From: an uncultured Planctomycetia bacterium | Lineage (GTDB): Bacteria; Omnitrophota; Gorgyraeia; B26-G9 | Direction of reading: 5' to 3' | NCBI GenBank assembly: GCA_964437495.1 | Contig: CAYTGV010000002.1 | Coordinates: 87,582 to 151,581 of the forward strand | DNA: 64,000 bases | Shown: in pieces, positions 9,942 through 19,736 of the stretch | How the letters are laid out: each line of letters begins with the position of its first letter | Numbering within the stretch: position 1 is the stretch's first letter | The notes under the pieces: generated by a model | Database searches by the model: none | Seen by the model: the letters and a program-made list of their open reading frames with translations, nothing else | What the model was told of the DNA's origin: nothing | Position numbers and translations under genes: made by a program

Positions 9942-12900
9942 TTAGTTTGCTTTCTCCTGTACCGGAAAATAAACCTTGCTAGGACCTTCTCCCCTGGATT
10001 TTATTAAATCACTTGCCACCAACTCCTCAAGCTCTCTGTCTGCTATTGGTAAGGGAACTTTAAATTTTACAACATATTCAAGGCGAGTAATCTTACCTGT
10101 TTGCCGAATAAACTCAAGGGCCTGTAACTGACTCTGACTTAATCCCTTTTCCTTATTTTCCTTCGCTTGTTCATCTTCCTCTAGCAATTGATCTTCCTGA
10201 TCCTCTTCTATTTCTTCTGCCTGAATGAAAGCCGCATCATTTGGCTTTCTTTTCATCAATTGGGTTACATCAATTTCCTCAATAATTGTTCTCTTCGGAT
10301 ACAGCAAAACCCTCTCCTCTTCATCTTCCTTTATAGGTTGGAAAAAGCCCATAACCCATTCTTTAAGAGTTTCAAGAATGATATAAACACAGGGAACAAT
10401 AAATAAAGTAAGAAATGCAGCGCTAGTCAATCCACCCATTACAGTTCTAGCCATAGGAGCACGCAGCTCTGAGCCCTCGCCCAAGGCAAAAGCCAGGGGC
10501 ATAAGCCCGAATATTGTCGTCAATGAAGTCATTAAGATCGGTCTTACTCTGACTCGGCTAGACTGAATTGCCGCTTCGAATATGCCCAACCCCTGCTTAC
10601 GGGCAAGGTTCATGAAATCAATTAAGAGAATTCCATTATTAACAACAATCCCTCCCAGCATTATAAATCCCAAAGCAACTACTACACTCAAAGGAGTTTT
10701 TGTGAAAAATAATGTCCAGCTTACGCCGATCAAAGACAAGGGAACAGTAAACATGATGATAAACGGCTGTATCAAAGATTCAAATTCAGATGCCATGATC
10801 ATATATACCAGTAATAAAGCTAAAATAAGCGCAAACTGCAGGCTTTTAAAGGATTCTTCCATTTCCTTATTTTCTCCGCCTATCTCAACACTATAATTTT
10901 GAGGCAATTCCGCTTTAATATTCGAAATGATCTCCTTTGCTTCATCAACGATTTCGTTTAACCCTCGATCATAGATATTTGCACTTACAAATACTACCCG
11001 CTGTTTGCTCTCTCTCTTTATCTCAGTAGGCCCTTTGCCTTTAGCAAGATAAGCCAGCTGATCCAAAAATATATGTACGCCTAAAGGAGAAAACACCAAA
11101 AGTTTACCTATTTTCTGAAAACTTCCGCGGTCCTCTTCTCTTAACCTAACGCGTACATCGATCTCTCTGCCCTCTTCCTTAAATTTTGTAGCTACATACC
11201 CGCGGATTCCTGCTTGGGCTACAGCAGAAATCTTATTCACATTAAGCTGATAAAGCGACGCTCTGTCCTTTCTTATATGAATTTTAACTTCCGGACTGGG
11301 CGGGGTCAGACTGTCCTTGACACCATAAACTCCTTGTATTTTTTTAAGCTGTTTTTCTATCTCCTTAGCTGCGGGTATCATAATATTCTCAAGATCAAAT
11401 CCCCTCAACACTATAACCAATGGTGCGCTTCCGGCAAATACAGACTTAAACACGCTCTCTTGTAAGGCATACTCTATCCCAGCATCCTGAAGGTCAATTG
11501 TAGATAAGGCTGATTTTATCTGCTGCACCAGCTCTGCTGTAGCAATATCGTTCTTTTCCTCTCCCTCTTGTGCTTTTTTAAATAAAGACATAATCCCACG
11601 ATTTGGCCTAGGGTGTAGATTAACTATAATATTTGCCTCATTAGCGCCAAGGACTTCTACAGCACCGGCTTTTTTAGATGCCTTAGAAGATCCGATATTA
11701 ACCGTCACATCTCTAACCGGAGAAAAAGACATTACCACATCTTCTATCCTTCGTACAACCACATTAGTTGCTTTTAAGTTAGTCCCGGCCGGCATAGTCG
11801 CTTTGATCATGAACTGCCTTTGATCCAATTTAGGCATAAACTCTTTATCAAGAGAAAGCAAAAGTTTAAAACTAAAAGCTGCCATTAAAAGTGTTATACC
11901 GATGATACCTAAAACTACTAAATATGGGACAGGTCCCTTGAATCTTGTTGAATTTTTTTGTGCTTCTTTTTGTTTGGCTATAATCTCTGCATCTTTATTT
12001 ACCAGAGCAATTTTCACTGCCTTCCCCCGGGACATGAACATAGGAGTCAAACTCATAGCCGTAATGACCGAGGCAATAAGAGAAAATGTTACTGTAAGGG
12101 CCAGCTCTTTAAACAACTGTCCGGCAATACCTACAACAAAAACTAAAGGCAAGAATACGGCAACAGTAGTTAATGTAGAACCCACAACTGCGCTAAAAAC
12201 CTCATCTGAGGCCTCAACAGCCGCAGTTTTAACATCCTTTTTCATTTGCTGGTGACGGTATATATTTTCAATAACAACAATTCCATTATCAACCAACAAG
12301 CCGACCCCAAGCGCCAGGCCTCCTAAAGACATCATATTCAAAGATAATTTTCCGAAAAACATCAGGATAAGAGTAAACAGTATGGATATCGGAATACCGA
12401 TCGTAACTACTATTGCGCTACGGAAATTCCTCAGAAATATAAGTAAAATAATAAAAGCAAGCAAACCTCCCTGCAGAGCATTATCTCTCAACTGTAGAAT
12501 TGACTGTTCAATAAACACAGATTGGTCGTAAACTACCTGAAGGGTTATTTCCTCCGGAAGGGTTTGCCTTAAAATCTTTAACTTTTCATAGATATGCTTG
12601 TTAACAGCAAGTATATTAGCATCCGCCTGCCGCTGTATACTTAAAGAAATATTATCATATCCATTGTATCGGGAAATACTTGTTTGCTCCTTTAAAGTAT
12701 CGATTACCTTTCCCAACTCCCGGATATAGATGACCCTTTTTTTTCTTTCTTTTTCTTCTTTAGTTAATTCCTGCCTGCGATTTTCTTCCTCAGCGGATCG
12801 ATCTTCAATAAGCAGCGGCACATCATACATTTCATCAACAGTGCGAAACTCTCCTATGGTCCTTACCAGATATTCATAAAAACTGGTCTCAATCGTACCT

Positions 12901-13553
12901 GCCGGATAATTCAAATTCGCTGTTTTAAAAAGATCGATAATATCCATTATCGAGACATTGAATGCCCGCAATCGCTGCTGATTAAGATCAATTACTATCT
13001 CTCTCTCCCTGCCGCCGGTCATAACTACCTGAGCCACGCCATCAATCTTTTCCAGCTCATCTTTTATAACCCTGCGAGAAACTTCTCTAAGCTCATAAGG
13101 GGAGAAATATGAACCTTCACTGGTAGCACTTAAGATCATAATCGGAGTATCGAATGGATTATACTTCATTACGATAGGTTCTTCTGCATCACGAGGCAGT
13201 TTCTCTTTGATCAGATCTACTTTTTCACGCACGTTCAAAGCCGCAAAATCCATATTTGTATTCCAATTAAATTCACAGATTACTATGCTTGTGCCTTCTC
13301 TGGAATTTGAACTGACTTTACGCATATTTGAAGCCGCACTTACCGATTCTTCTATAGGACGGGTTATCAATGCCTCTATTTCTTCCGGCGCGGCATTTTC
13401 ATAAGAAGTTATTACAGTTATTTGCGGATAAGTTATAGGCGGAAAAAGTTCTTGAGCAAGCCTGCTCCATGAAATTATCCCCAGAAGGATAACTCCAGTA
13501 GCAAACATTAAAATTGTAACAGGCTTTTTAACCGAAAATCCCGGAAGACTCAT
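9942..13553 (-). CDS. RND permease subunit 1 with C-terminal acidic linker and winged-helix domain
   Basis: GLLVDNGIVVIEN, GIVVNNGILLID, RVRPILMTSLTT; about 140 extra C-terminal residues ending in a wHTH-like pattern. Confidence 0.9.
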   Translation of the reverse strand: MSLPGFSVKKPVTILMFATGVILLGIISWSRLAQELFPPITYPQITVITSYENAAPEEIEALITRPIEESVSAASNMRKVSSNSREGTSIVICEFNWNTNMDFAALNVREKVDLIKEKLPRDAEEPIVMKYNPFDTPIMILSATSEGSYFSPYELREVSRRVIKDELEKIDGVAQVVMTGGREREIVIDLNQQRLRAFNVSIMDIIDLFKTANLNYPAGTIETSFYEYLVRTIGEFRTVDEMYDVPLLIEDRSAEEENRRQELTKEEKERKKRVIYIRELGKVIDTLKEQTSISRYNGYDNISLSIQRQADANILAVNKHIYEKLKILRQTLPEEITLQVVYDQSVFIEQSILQLRDNALQGGLLAFIILLIFLRNFRSAIVVTIGIPISILFTLILMFFGKLSLNMMSLGGLALGVGLLVDNGIVVIENIYRHQQMKKDVKTAAVEASDEVFSAVVGSTLTTVAVFLPLVFVVGIAGQLFKELALTVTFSLIASVITAMSLTPMFMSRGKAVKIALVNKDAEIIAKQKEAQKNSTRFKGPVPYLVVLGIIGITLLMAAFSFKLLLSLDKEFMPKLDQRQFMIKATMPAGTNLKATNVVVRRIEDVVMSFSPVRDVTVNIGSSKASKKAGAVEVLGANEANIIVNLHPRPNRGIMSLFKKAQEGEEKNDIATAELVQQIKSALSTIDLQDAGIEYALQESVFKSVFAGSAPLVIVLRGFDLENIMIPAAKEIEKQLKKIQGVYGVKDSLTPPSPEVKIHIRKDRASLYQLNVNKISAVAQAGIRGYVATKFKEEGREIDVRVRLREEDRGSFQKIGKLLVFSPLGVHIFLDQLAYLAKGKGPTEIKRESKQRVVFVSANIYDRGLNEIVDEAKEIISNIKAELPQNYSVEIGGENKEMEESFKSLQFALILALLLVYMIMASEFESLIQPFIIMFTVPLSLIGVSWTLFFTKTPLSVVVALGFIMLGGIVVNNGILLIDFMNLARKQGLGIFEAAIQSSRVRVRPILMTSLTTIFGLMPLAFALGEGSELRAPMARTVMGGLTSAAFLTLFIVPCVYIILETLKEWVMGFFQPIKEDEEERVLLYPKRTIIEEIDVTQLMKRKPNDAAFIQAEEIEEDQEDQLLEEDEQAKENKEKGLSQSQLQALEFIRQTGKITRLEYVVKFKVPLPIADRELEELVASDLIKSRGEGPSKVYFPVQEKAN

Positions 13554-13585
13554 GTTTTACCTTATTTATGTGAAAAACAACCAAA

Positions 13586-14767
13586 TTATATTTCACGAAC
13601 CTGAATTTCTGTAATCTGTACCAGCGTACCTGAAGTCAATTGTTCAATATTAGAAATGGCCACCAAATCACCCTCTTTTAAACCTCTAAGAATCTCTATA
13701 TAGTCTGTTGATTCATACCCGGTTTCAACAAGCCTCTCCTGGGCTGTATTTGTCGCTTCATCAATAACATAAACCAAAGATGCATCTTCCAACTTCTTCA
13801 AAGCAATGCGTGGGATGCTGATAACTCCGGGTTTTTCAAAAAGAATAATATCAGCTCTGGCAAACATTCCCGGCATAAGCATCCTGCGTGAATTATCGAT
13901 TTTTATCTCAATAGGCAGTGTTCTTGTCTTATCAGAAAGAGCTGGATAGATATTATCAATAATTCCGTCAAAAGGCAGATCAGGATATCCATCGACATAA
14001 ATACGCGAAAGCTGTCCAATCTTTATTTTCGTCACATCCCTTTCAACTACTCCGACTTCAGCAAAAACAGTATCAATTTCCACAACCTCCATTGCTTTTG
14101 GAGTATACGGAGAGACTAATTCTCCTATTTCAATATTGCGCTCATTTAATACGCAATCCGAGGGCGCATACATTTCGGTTTTTTTAAATTCTTCTCTAGA
14201 GGAAGATATTTCGACTTGAGCCGCCTCAACCTGATGCTTGGCATTACCCGCCTCTGCCTCAACTTCGGAAAGTTTTAATTTATTTATCGCACCAATATTG
14301 TAGAGTTCCCGATGCATCTTAACTTTTTTTTCAGCCTGAGAAAGACTGACCATAGCTCCTTTTAACTTTGCCCGGTTATAATCGATTTTCAAATGTGCCT
14401 CAGCCTGTCTAAGACGGGCAATAAGCTGGCCTTCTTTTATCAAGTCACCCTCCCTAAAACCAATCATATCAATTAGTCCGGTAGCTTCAAAATTCAGTTT
14501 TCTGGTAATCAATCCTTTAATAGATCCCATAGCCGGCAAAAGATCTTCGAATGTTGAACGCGAAATTTTATAAACCTTCAGAGATAGTCCTCTCTTTATA
14601 AACGCTGCTTTTTTGGGCTGCGCATCTATTAGCGTTTTCTGAACAAAATCTTGTTTTCCAGAAAAAGAGTTAAATTTTTCCTTCCATCCGCCCTTTTCGA
14701 CTCCCCACCAAACAACGCCGATGATTATCATTACTACCACTATGAATATAAATATGGAACGCCTCAT
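13586..14767 (-). CDS. RND periplasmic adaptor (membrane fusion protein)
   Basis: N-terminal TM, lipoyl-like GDLIKEGQLIARL, helical hairpin, LMPGMFA, GLKEGDLV. Confidence 0.92.
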   Translation of the reverse strand: MRRSIFIFIVVVMIIIGVVWWGVEKGGWKEKFNSFSGKQDFVQKTLIDAQPKKAAFIKRGLSLKVYKISRSTFEDLLPAMGSIKGLITRKLNFEATGLIDMIGFREGDLIKEGQLIARLRQAEAHLKIDYNRAKLKGAMVSLSQAEKKVKMHRELYNIGAINKLKLSEVEAEAGNAKHQVEAAQVEISSSREEFKKTEMYAPSDCVLNERNIEIGELVSPYTPKAMEVVEIDTVFAEVGVVERDVTKIKIGQLSRIYVDGYPDLPFDGIIDNIYPALSDKTRTLPIEIKIDNSRRMLMPGMFARADIILFEKPGVISIPRIALKKLEDASLVYVIDEATNTAQERLVETGYESTDYIEILRGLKEGDLVAISNIEQLTSGTLVQITEIQVREI

Positions 14768-14803
14768 TTACTTTCCTCCTAAAAGTCATTTTTAAAAATA
14801 TTA

Positions 14804-16972
14804 CTAATTGAAATAATTTATAACTCCAATCGCATGATTCAAACTGACTATAGCTATATTTATCCCTGCTAATGACTCCTGCATAGTTGAATTAGCTTCA
14901 GCCAGCTGGGTTTCAGAATTAATAACATCTGCACCGCGAGCTTCTCCTATTTTTCTTTTTGCTTTTACTATTTCAAGCTGTTTTCTGCGAAATCCAATCT
15001 GGTTCACAGCTAAAGAAAGCTGGCTATTATATCTTAAATATGTATAATAGGCATCTTCTACTTCCTGGCGAATTTTATTTTTCATTTCCACCCTATCTTT
15101 AAGTGCCTGCTTTCGGGTGATCTGAGCTTCTTTAGCCTTTGTAAAATGCGCCAGATTATCCCAAAAAGAAAATTTTGAATTCAATGTCTGCGAGTTTACA
15201 TTTGTATTCGTACTTGTAACCTTAAAAGGTGAAACCTTGTCCCTCTTATAAGAAGTTTCAACCGTATTTCCTCCCAGGAACCACCTGACTTTCCCCATTA
15301 AGGACCATTCTGTGGCAAGATTCAAGCTGCTCTGACTAAAGGACTCTGCGGCCCGGCCATAAGAACCAACGATTGAAACATTAGGCATCTCTTCACTTTT
15401 AATTATATCCTGGCTGAATTTAGCCGCTTTTAATGTCTGCTCGATAATATTAATTTCAACCCTGTGCTCAAAGGCAAGATCAAGACATTCATTCAGATTA
15501 GTTTCAATCTTATGTCTTCCTAGATGAAAATTCATATTTTCAATATTTAAATTTTCAAGAAACATTTCTTTTTCAAGAGTCAGTTTTGCCATTGCATAAC
15601 CGCGTTCTGAATAAGCAACCTGGTAACAGGCCTGATTATAGGAAGCCTGCGCATCTAACAAATCTGCCGGCGTGGCCCAAAAAACAGTAAATTCACTTTC
15701 AACTTCCGTAAGAATTTTTTCCGTATTTTTCTTTAATCTTTGCATAATATCAAGCGTATTCTTTGACATAATAAGTTCATAATATGCCTTGGTAACCTTT
15801 AGGATTAATTCATTTTTCACTCGTTCATAATTGCCTTTTGCAATAAGACCGCCAAGTTGTTCCTTACGTAAAGTTGCGGTTAATTTTCCTCCGGAAAATA
15901 ACAGCTGCTCGCCCTGTAATCCATAAGAACGGCCGCGATAGTTCTCAGTCATTGTTCTTCCGTCTGTCTCATTCCATTCACCCATTAAAGATGGGTAAAA
16001 GCCCCTTCTCGCTTCTCGAATACGTAGATCTGCCAATGCCTGTTGATCTTTAGCAACCTGAAGCGGTATATTAGCAGACAAAGCAAGATTAAGACAATCT
16101 TCAAGCCTGACGATTTTCTCACCAGGAGTAGCCTTACGTATCATAGGTTTCACTTCTGAAGGCATTGATATATCTTTATACAGATTCTTATCGAGAATCT
16201 GTTGGCGTGCTTCAGGCAGGGAACTAATATCTGTTTCTGCCCTCAGCTTCTTATATGCTTTTTCTACTTCAACTCCTGACTCCATACGTTTTTGGGCATC
16301 TTTTCTGATTTTGCTGATCTTTCCTTTACTTTCTTTCTTTATCAATTCAACCCTTTTGATGCGTGTAAATTTATCCAAATGCTCTTTAGCTTTTTTAGCT
16401 TCTATATCTTTAAATTCCTTGAGCCTTACCATACTTTCTCTAGGCCCAAACTCTCTTTCTTTTTTACTCCATTGACTTCTTTTTTCCGGCTCACCTGGAA
16501 AGATAAATAGATCAAGAAATTGCGCATTCCATTGAGAATCAAAATTATATTTGAAAGTTCTGTCCAGTTCTATCAAAATCTCTACCCGTTTGGAGAAAGT
16601 TCTATTATAATCCGTCTTCTCACCCACCACTATTCTTTTAATCCCATCCTCGGCCACCGGCACTTCAATAGGTATATTCTGATATTCATTAAATGTCACC
16701 CTAGACCCTATAAAATTAATGATAAGCCCGCGCGGATTTTTTGACTCAATAATTTTAAACTCAACAGGAGGCTTAGAATGCTCTATATGAATTTGCAATC
16801 CATTATCGATTTTTTTAAGTAAGAACGTTCTTAATTTTGCAGGTTGTTGGGCATAACATATTGAAGTGAAAATGATAACAGAACTAAATGTTAGGAGTAT
16901 CTGTCGGTAGATTTTATGAATAGACACATATTTCATCTTATGCAATTCCCTTTGCAAAATCAATGATTTCAT
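14804..16972 (-). CDS. TolC-family outer membrane factor with N-terminal AMIN-like domain
   Basis: Signal peptide (ICYA/QQP, start perhaps 16936); AMIN-like segment (KIIESKNPRGLIINF...RVEILIEL); charged linker; two OEP repeats (ARRGFYPSL, VTKAYYEL, VEDAYY). Confidence 0.85.
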   Translation of the reverse strand: MKSLILQRELHKMKYVSIHKIYRQILLTFSSVIIFTSICYAQQPAKLRTFLLKKIDNGLQIHIEHSKPPVEFKIIESKNPRGLIINFIGSRVTFNEYQNIPIEVPVAEDGIKRIVVGEKTDYNRTFSKRVEILIELDRTFKYNFDSQWNAQFLDLFIFPGEPEKRSQWSKKEREFGPRESMVRLKEFKDIEAKKAKEHLDKFTRIKRVELIKKESKGKISKIRKDAQKRMESGVEVEKAYKKLRAETDISSLPEARQQILDKNLYKDISMPSEVKPMIRKATPGEKIVRLEDCLNLALSANIPLQVAKDQQALADLRIREARRGFYPSLMGEWNETDGRTMTENYRGRSYGLQGEQLLFSGGKLTATLRKEQLGGLIAKGNYERVKNELILKVTKAYYELIMSKNTLDIMQRLKKNTEKILTEVESEFTVFWATPADLLDAQASYNQACYQVAYSERGYAMAKLTLEKEMFLENLNIENMNFHLGRHKIETNLNECLDLAFEHRVEINIIEQTLKAAKFSQDIIKSEEMPNVSIVGSYGRAAESFSQSSLNLATEWSLMGKVRWFLGGNTVETSYKRDKVSPFKVTSTNTNVNSQTLNSKFSFWDNLAHFTKAKEAQITRKQALKDRVEMKNKIRQEVEDAYYTYLRYNSQLSLAVNQIGFRRKQLEIVKAKRKIGEARGADVINSETQLAEANSTMQESLAGINIAIVSLNHAIGVINYFN

Positions 16973-17002
16973 CCTGATTAATATAAAATTATTTTATATC
17001 TT

Positions 17003-17032
17003 ATTATATTGTATTTCAATAGGTTAAGTCAA
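17003..17032 (-). promoter_or_regulatory. sigma70-type promoter of the RND operon
   Basis: TTGACT-N18-TATAAT. Confidence 0.55.
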
Positions 17033-17054
17033 TAAAAATAAGCCGTGCAACAAA

Positions 17055-18140
17055 TCAGTACCCAATATGTCCTTGTATATGCCTTTTAATTATTTGAGCA
17101 GTAATCCTATGGCCTTTTTTATTTAAATGGCAGATTCCGCTTGGAACAATCCGCAACTCCTCTAAGTTTACTCCCCTGGATTTAAGGGATTTTTGAAGGT
17201 CTATAGTGAAAAATCCATACTTTTGGGGGCAATCACTTTTTATCCACACATCTATTTGACTTTCTTTTTTTAATTCCGGCACAAGTAAAAGAAAGACTGG
17301 GAAGTTAAATTTAACGGATAGCTCATGAAACTTCTCAAAAGCCCCCTTATTTACCCGCATTGAATCAGCCATATCTTTATAAGCAGCAAACCGATAAGCT
17401 TGCGACGGAAATTTCTCAGGATAGTCATCGCTCAGTCGGTCATACAGCCTCTTATTCAAAACTCTATAAGTCGCCAGATACCTCATTAAAAATCTATCAA
17501 TAAAATGCGGCAAAGAGATAAGTTTAGGAAAATTAGAACTGAAATACTCTCCCATTGAAATAAATACATCTCTTTCACTTAAACTGCTCAATCCTGAGGA
17601 AAAAACCGCATTACGGTAGTAATCATCATTCAGAAACTGCAGAATAACCATATCCGGTTCATAATCAAGTAATTTATTTTTAAGCAATAAAAACTTCTGA
17701 ACCGCATTATAAGAACATACTCCGGCATTCAAAACCTCGTATTTTAAAGTAGCGCCTACTTTGTCATTGAGTAATTTTTCAAGAATTTTCGGATAAGTTG
17801 ATTCAACAAAATATTCAGTACCAAAAGTAACCGAATCCCCCAATACTAAAATTCTAAAAACTCCCTTTGGCTTGGGGATTACAAACTCCCGGTCCCTGAT
17901 CCCCTTTGAATTAATGGCATAAAATCCGTTTTCCGTCTCAGCATTAGCCATCAATTCATAAGACAGTCCAGGGATATCAGATATTCTGTGCAAAACTGGT
18001 TTTGCCTTTTGTAAATAAACTTTTGTATCGAAAAAATATTTTTTTTCTATTGATTTGGAGATTATTTCCATAGAAATAAAAATAACAAGAAAGGTGCTGA
18101 CTAGGATTAGAAGCTTATAAAAATTGAGATTTCTATGCAT
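17055..18140 (-). CDS. SGNH/GDSL hydrolase-like membrane-anchored protein
   Basis: LGDSVTFG, NAGV, FLND, CHLNKKGH; N-terminal TM. Confidence 0.8.
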   Translation of the reverse strand: MHRNLNFYKLLILVSTFLVIFISMEIISKSIEKKYFFDTKVYLQKAKPVLHRISDIPGLSYELMANAETENGFYAINSKGIRDREFVIPKPKGVFRILVLGDSVTFGTEYFVESTYPKILEKLLNDKVGATLKYEVLNAGVCSYNAVQKFLLLKNKLLDYEPDMVILQFLNDDYYRNAVFSSGLSSLSERDVFISMGEYFSSNFPKLISLPHFIDRFLMRYLATYRVLNKRLYDRLSDDYPEKFPSQAYRFAAYKDMADSMRVNKGAFEKFHELSVKFNFPVFLLLVPELKKESQIDVWIKSDCPQKYGFFTIDLQKSLKSRGVNLEELRIVPSGICHLNKKGHRITAQIIKRHIQGHIGY

Positions 18141-18160
18141 AATGTGAATTAAAATTAAAA

Positions 18161-18585
18161 GAGAGCAAACCTATAAGCCGAGTTCTGTACCCCCAGAATT
18201 CTTCTGAGGTGATGATCATTCATCTTGTTCCCTGAATTACTCCAGGGAATCCTTGCGACCTAACCCGAGGAATAGCAGACGGGCCACCCTCCTCCTATTC
18301 GGTCTTGCTCCACGCAGAGATTGCCTCGTTTCACCCCTCGACTCTTACTTCGTAATCGCTCGGGGTAAACCCCGTTCGACTACTCTCAGAATAAAACCCA
18401 AAGGGTATTCATAATGAGTGAGGCCTGATAAATCAGGCCGAGCCGAAATATCGTCACTGCTGCTCTAATCCGCCCCCATTTAAAAACAAATGAAGGGATG
18501 GGAATTACCCATTACGCTGCCCTTTGGAGCTCGGACTTTCCTCTACACATTTTATTCCTGTGCAGCGACCACCCGGTTTGCTCTC
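18161..18585 (-). ncRNA. rnpB: RNase P RNA (type A-like, long P12, apparently lacking P13/P14)
   Basis: P1 GAGAGCAAACC/GGTTTGCTCTC; GAGGAAAGTCCGAGCTCC; GTGAAACG; GGAGCAAG; 3' ACAGAACTCGGCTTAT. Confidence 0.95.
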
Positions 18586-18998
18586 CGATATTCTACTATA
18601 GCTTGCTTAGCTAACTTATCGGCTTCTTTATTGTATTCTCTTCTGACATGTTCAATTGTAAAAAGTTCAAATTTATTAATTAATGACAAAGCCTGCAAAT
18701 TCAATGCCTGTAAGGTCTCATTTTTTACCTTGTATATACCCTTTATCTGCTTGACCACAAGCTCACTGTCACTTTTAACGAACAGCTTTTGCGCACCCAA
18801 TTTATGCGCCTTTTTCAAGGCGGCTACTAATGCGCTATACTCAGCCACATTATTTGTTGCCTGACCAATATATTTTGAAATCGTTTCCTGGTATAGACCT
18901 TTTTTATCTTTAATCACCACACCAATAGATGCATCTCCCGGATTACCTGAACAAGCACCATCAATGCTAGCAATAAGTTCGGTTAGTTTAATTTTCAT
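18552..18998 (-). CDS. rnhA: Ribonuclease HI (short archaeal/Actinobacteria-like type)
   Basis: DGACSGNPG, TNNVAEY, SDSELVVKQ, HVRREYNKEADKLA. Start uncertain (18998/19007/19031). Confidence 0.9.
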   Translation of the reverse strand: MKIKLTELIASIDGACSGNPGDASIGVVIKDKKGLYQETISKYIGQATNNVAEYSALVAALKKAHKLGAQKLFVKSDSELVVKQIKGIYKVKNETLQALNLQALSLINKFELFTIEHVRREYNKEADKLAKQAIVEYRRANRVVAAQE

Positions 18999-19695
18999 TT
19001 TCGACATAAAGAATTCTTGCACAATTTTCACATGTTTTTAACTTGCCTAAACGAAGCTCATTAACAACCTGCGGACGAACTGATCTAAAACATCCAGAGC
19101 AAATATCTCCATTAAGAGGCACAATTGCAATCTCTCCCTTGTTTTCCAGAATACGCTCATATAATTCCAATGTCTTCGGGTCAATCCCTGATTCTATAAC
19201 TCTTTTCCTTGAGGCATTGAACACTGCAAGTTTCTCATTAAGCTGAATTATATCAAGATCAATAGTTGCTTTATTTTTATTAAGTTCTTCCTGCTCCTGG
19301 ACTAATTTTGCATTTTCCTGAGCTATTGACTGCTTGATCTTATCAATCTTTTCCAGCAAAGCAATTATTGCATCTTCAAGCAATGAATTATCTGCATTTT
19401 CTTTCTTTATTTCCAGCTGCAGGGCATATAGTTCCTTATTGGTTTTTACCTGATTTATCTGTGTTTTTTGCTTTTTCACCACAGTTTCTTTAGACTGCAA
19501 TTCAAGTTCTTTTTCTTTATGTTCAAGCTGAATATTTTTAAGAACATTTTCTAATCCTTTAAGCGCAATACTTTGAGCAATAAAATCATCTTCTAATTTT
19601 TTAAGCCTCTTAGGCTTTTCCTTAAGTTCAGATTTTATCTTAAAAATTTCTGCGTCAATTTTCTGTATTTCTTTTAAAGCATCGATATCTTTCAT
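18988..19695 (-). CDS. Coiled-coil C4 zinc-ribbon protein (DUF164; HP0958/CT398-like)
   Basis: LKEIQKIDAEI, long coiled coil, YERI, CSGC...CENCARILY. Confidence 0.88.
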   Translation of the reverse strand: MKDIDALKEIQKIDAEIFKIKSELKEKPKRLKKLEDDFIAQSIALKGLENVLKNIQLEHKEKELELQSKETVVKKQKTQINQVKTNKELYALQLEIKKENADNSLLEDAIIALLEKIDKIKQSIAQENAKLVQEQEELNKNKATIDLDIIQLNEKLAVFNASRKRVIESGIDPKTLELYERILENKGEIAIVPLNGDICSGCFRSVRPQVVNELRLGKLKTCENCARILYVENEN

Positions 19696-19736
19696 TATCC
19701 AATCCTGTCGTTTGATTTACTTATGCATATGCCCAC

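Noticed and set aside
7110-12310. RND TM4/TM10 motifs have DN and NN instead of AcrB's DD and K
   Set aside because: This pattern is common in non-AcrB RND subfamilies and is not evidence of inactivity.
788-16744. Many short plus-strand ORFs opposite addAB and the RND operon, and similar ones throughout the window
   Set aside because: Antisense shadows of well-supported genes; Ser/Phe/Ile-rich with no motifs.
18490-18864. 124-aa plus-strand ORF
   Set aside because: Antisense to rnhA and rnpB.
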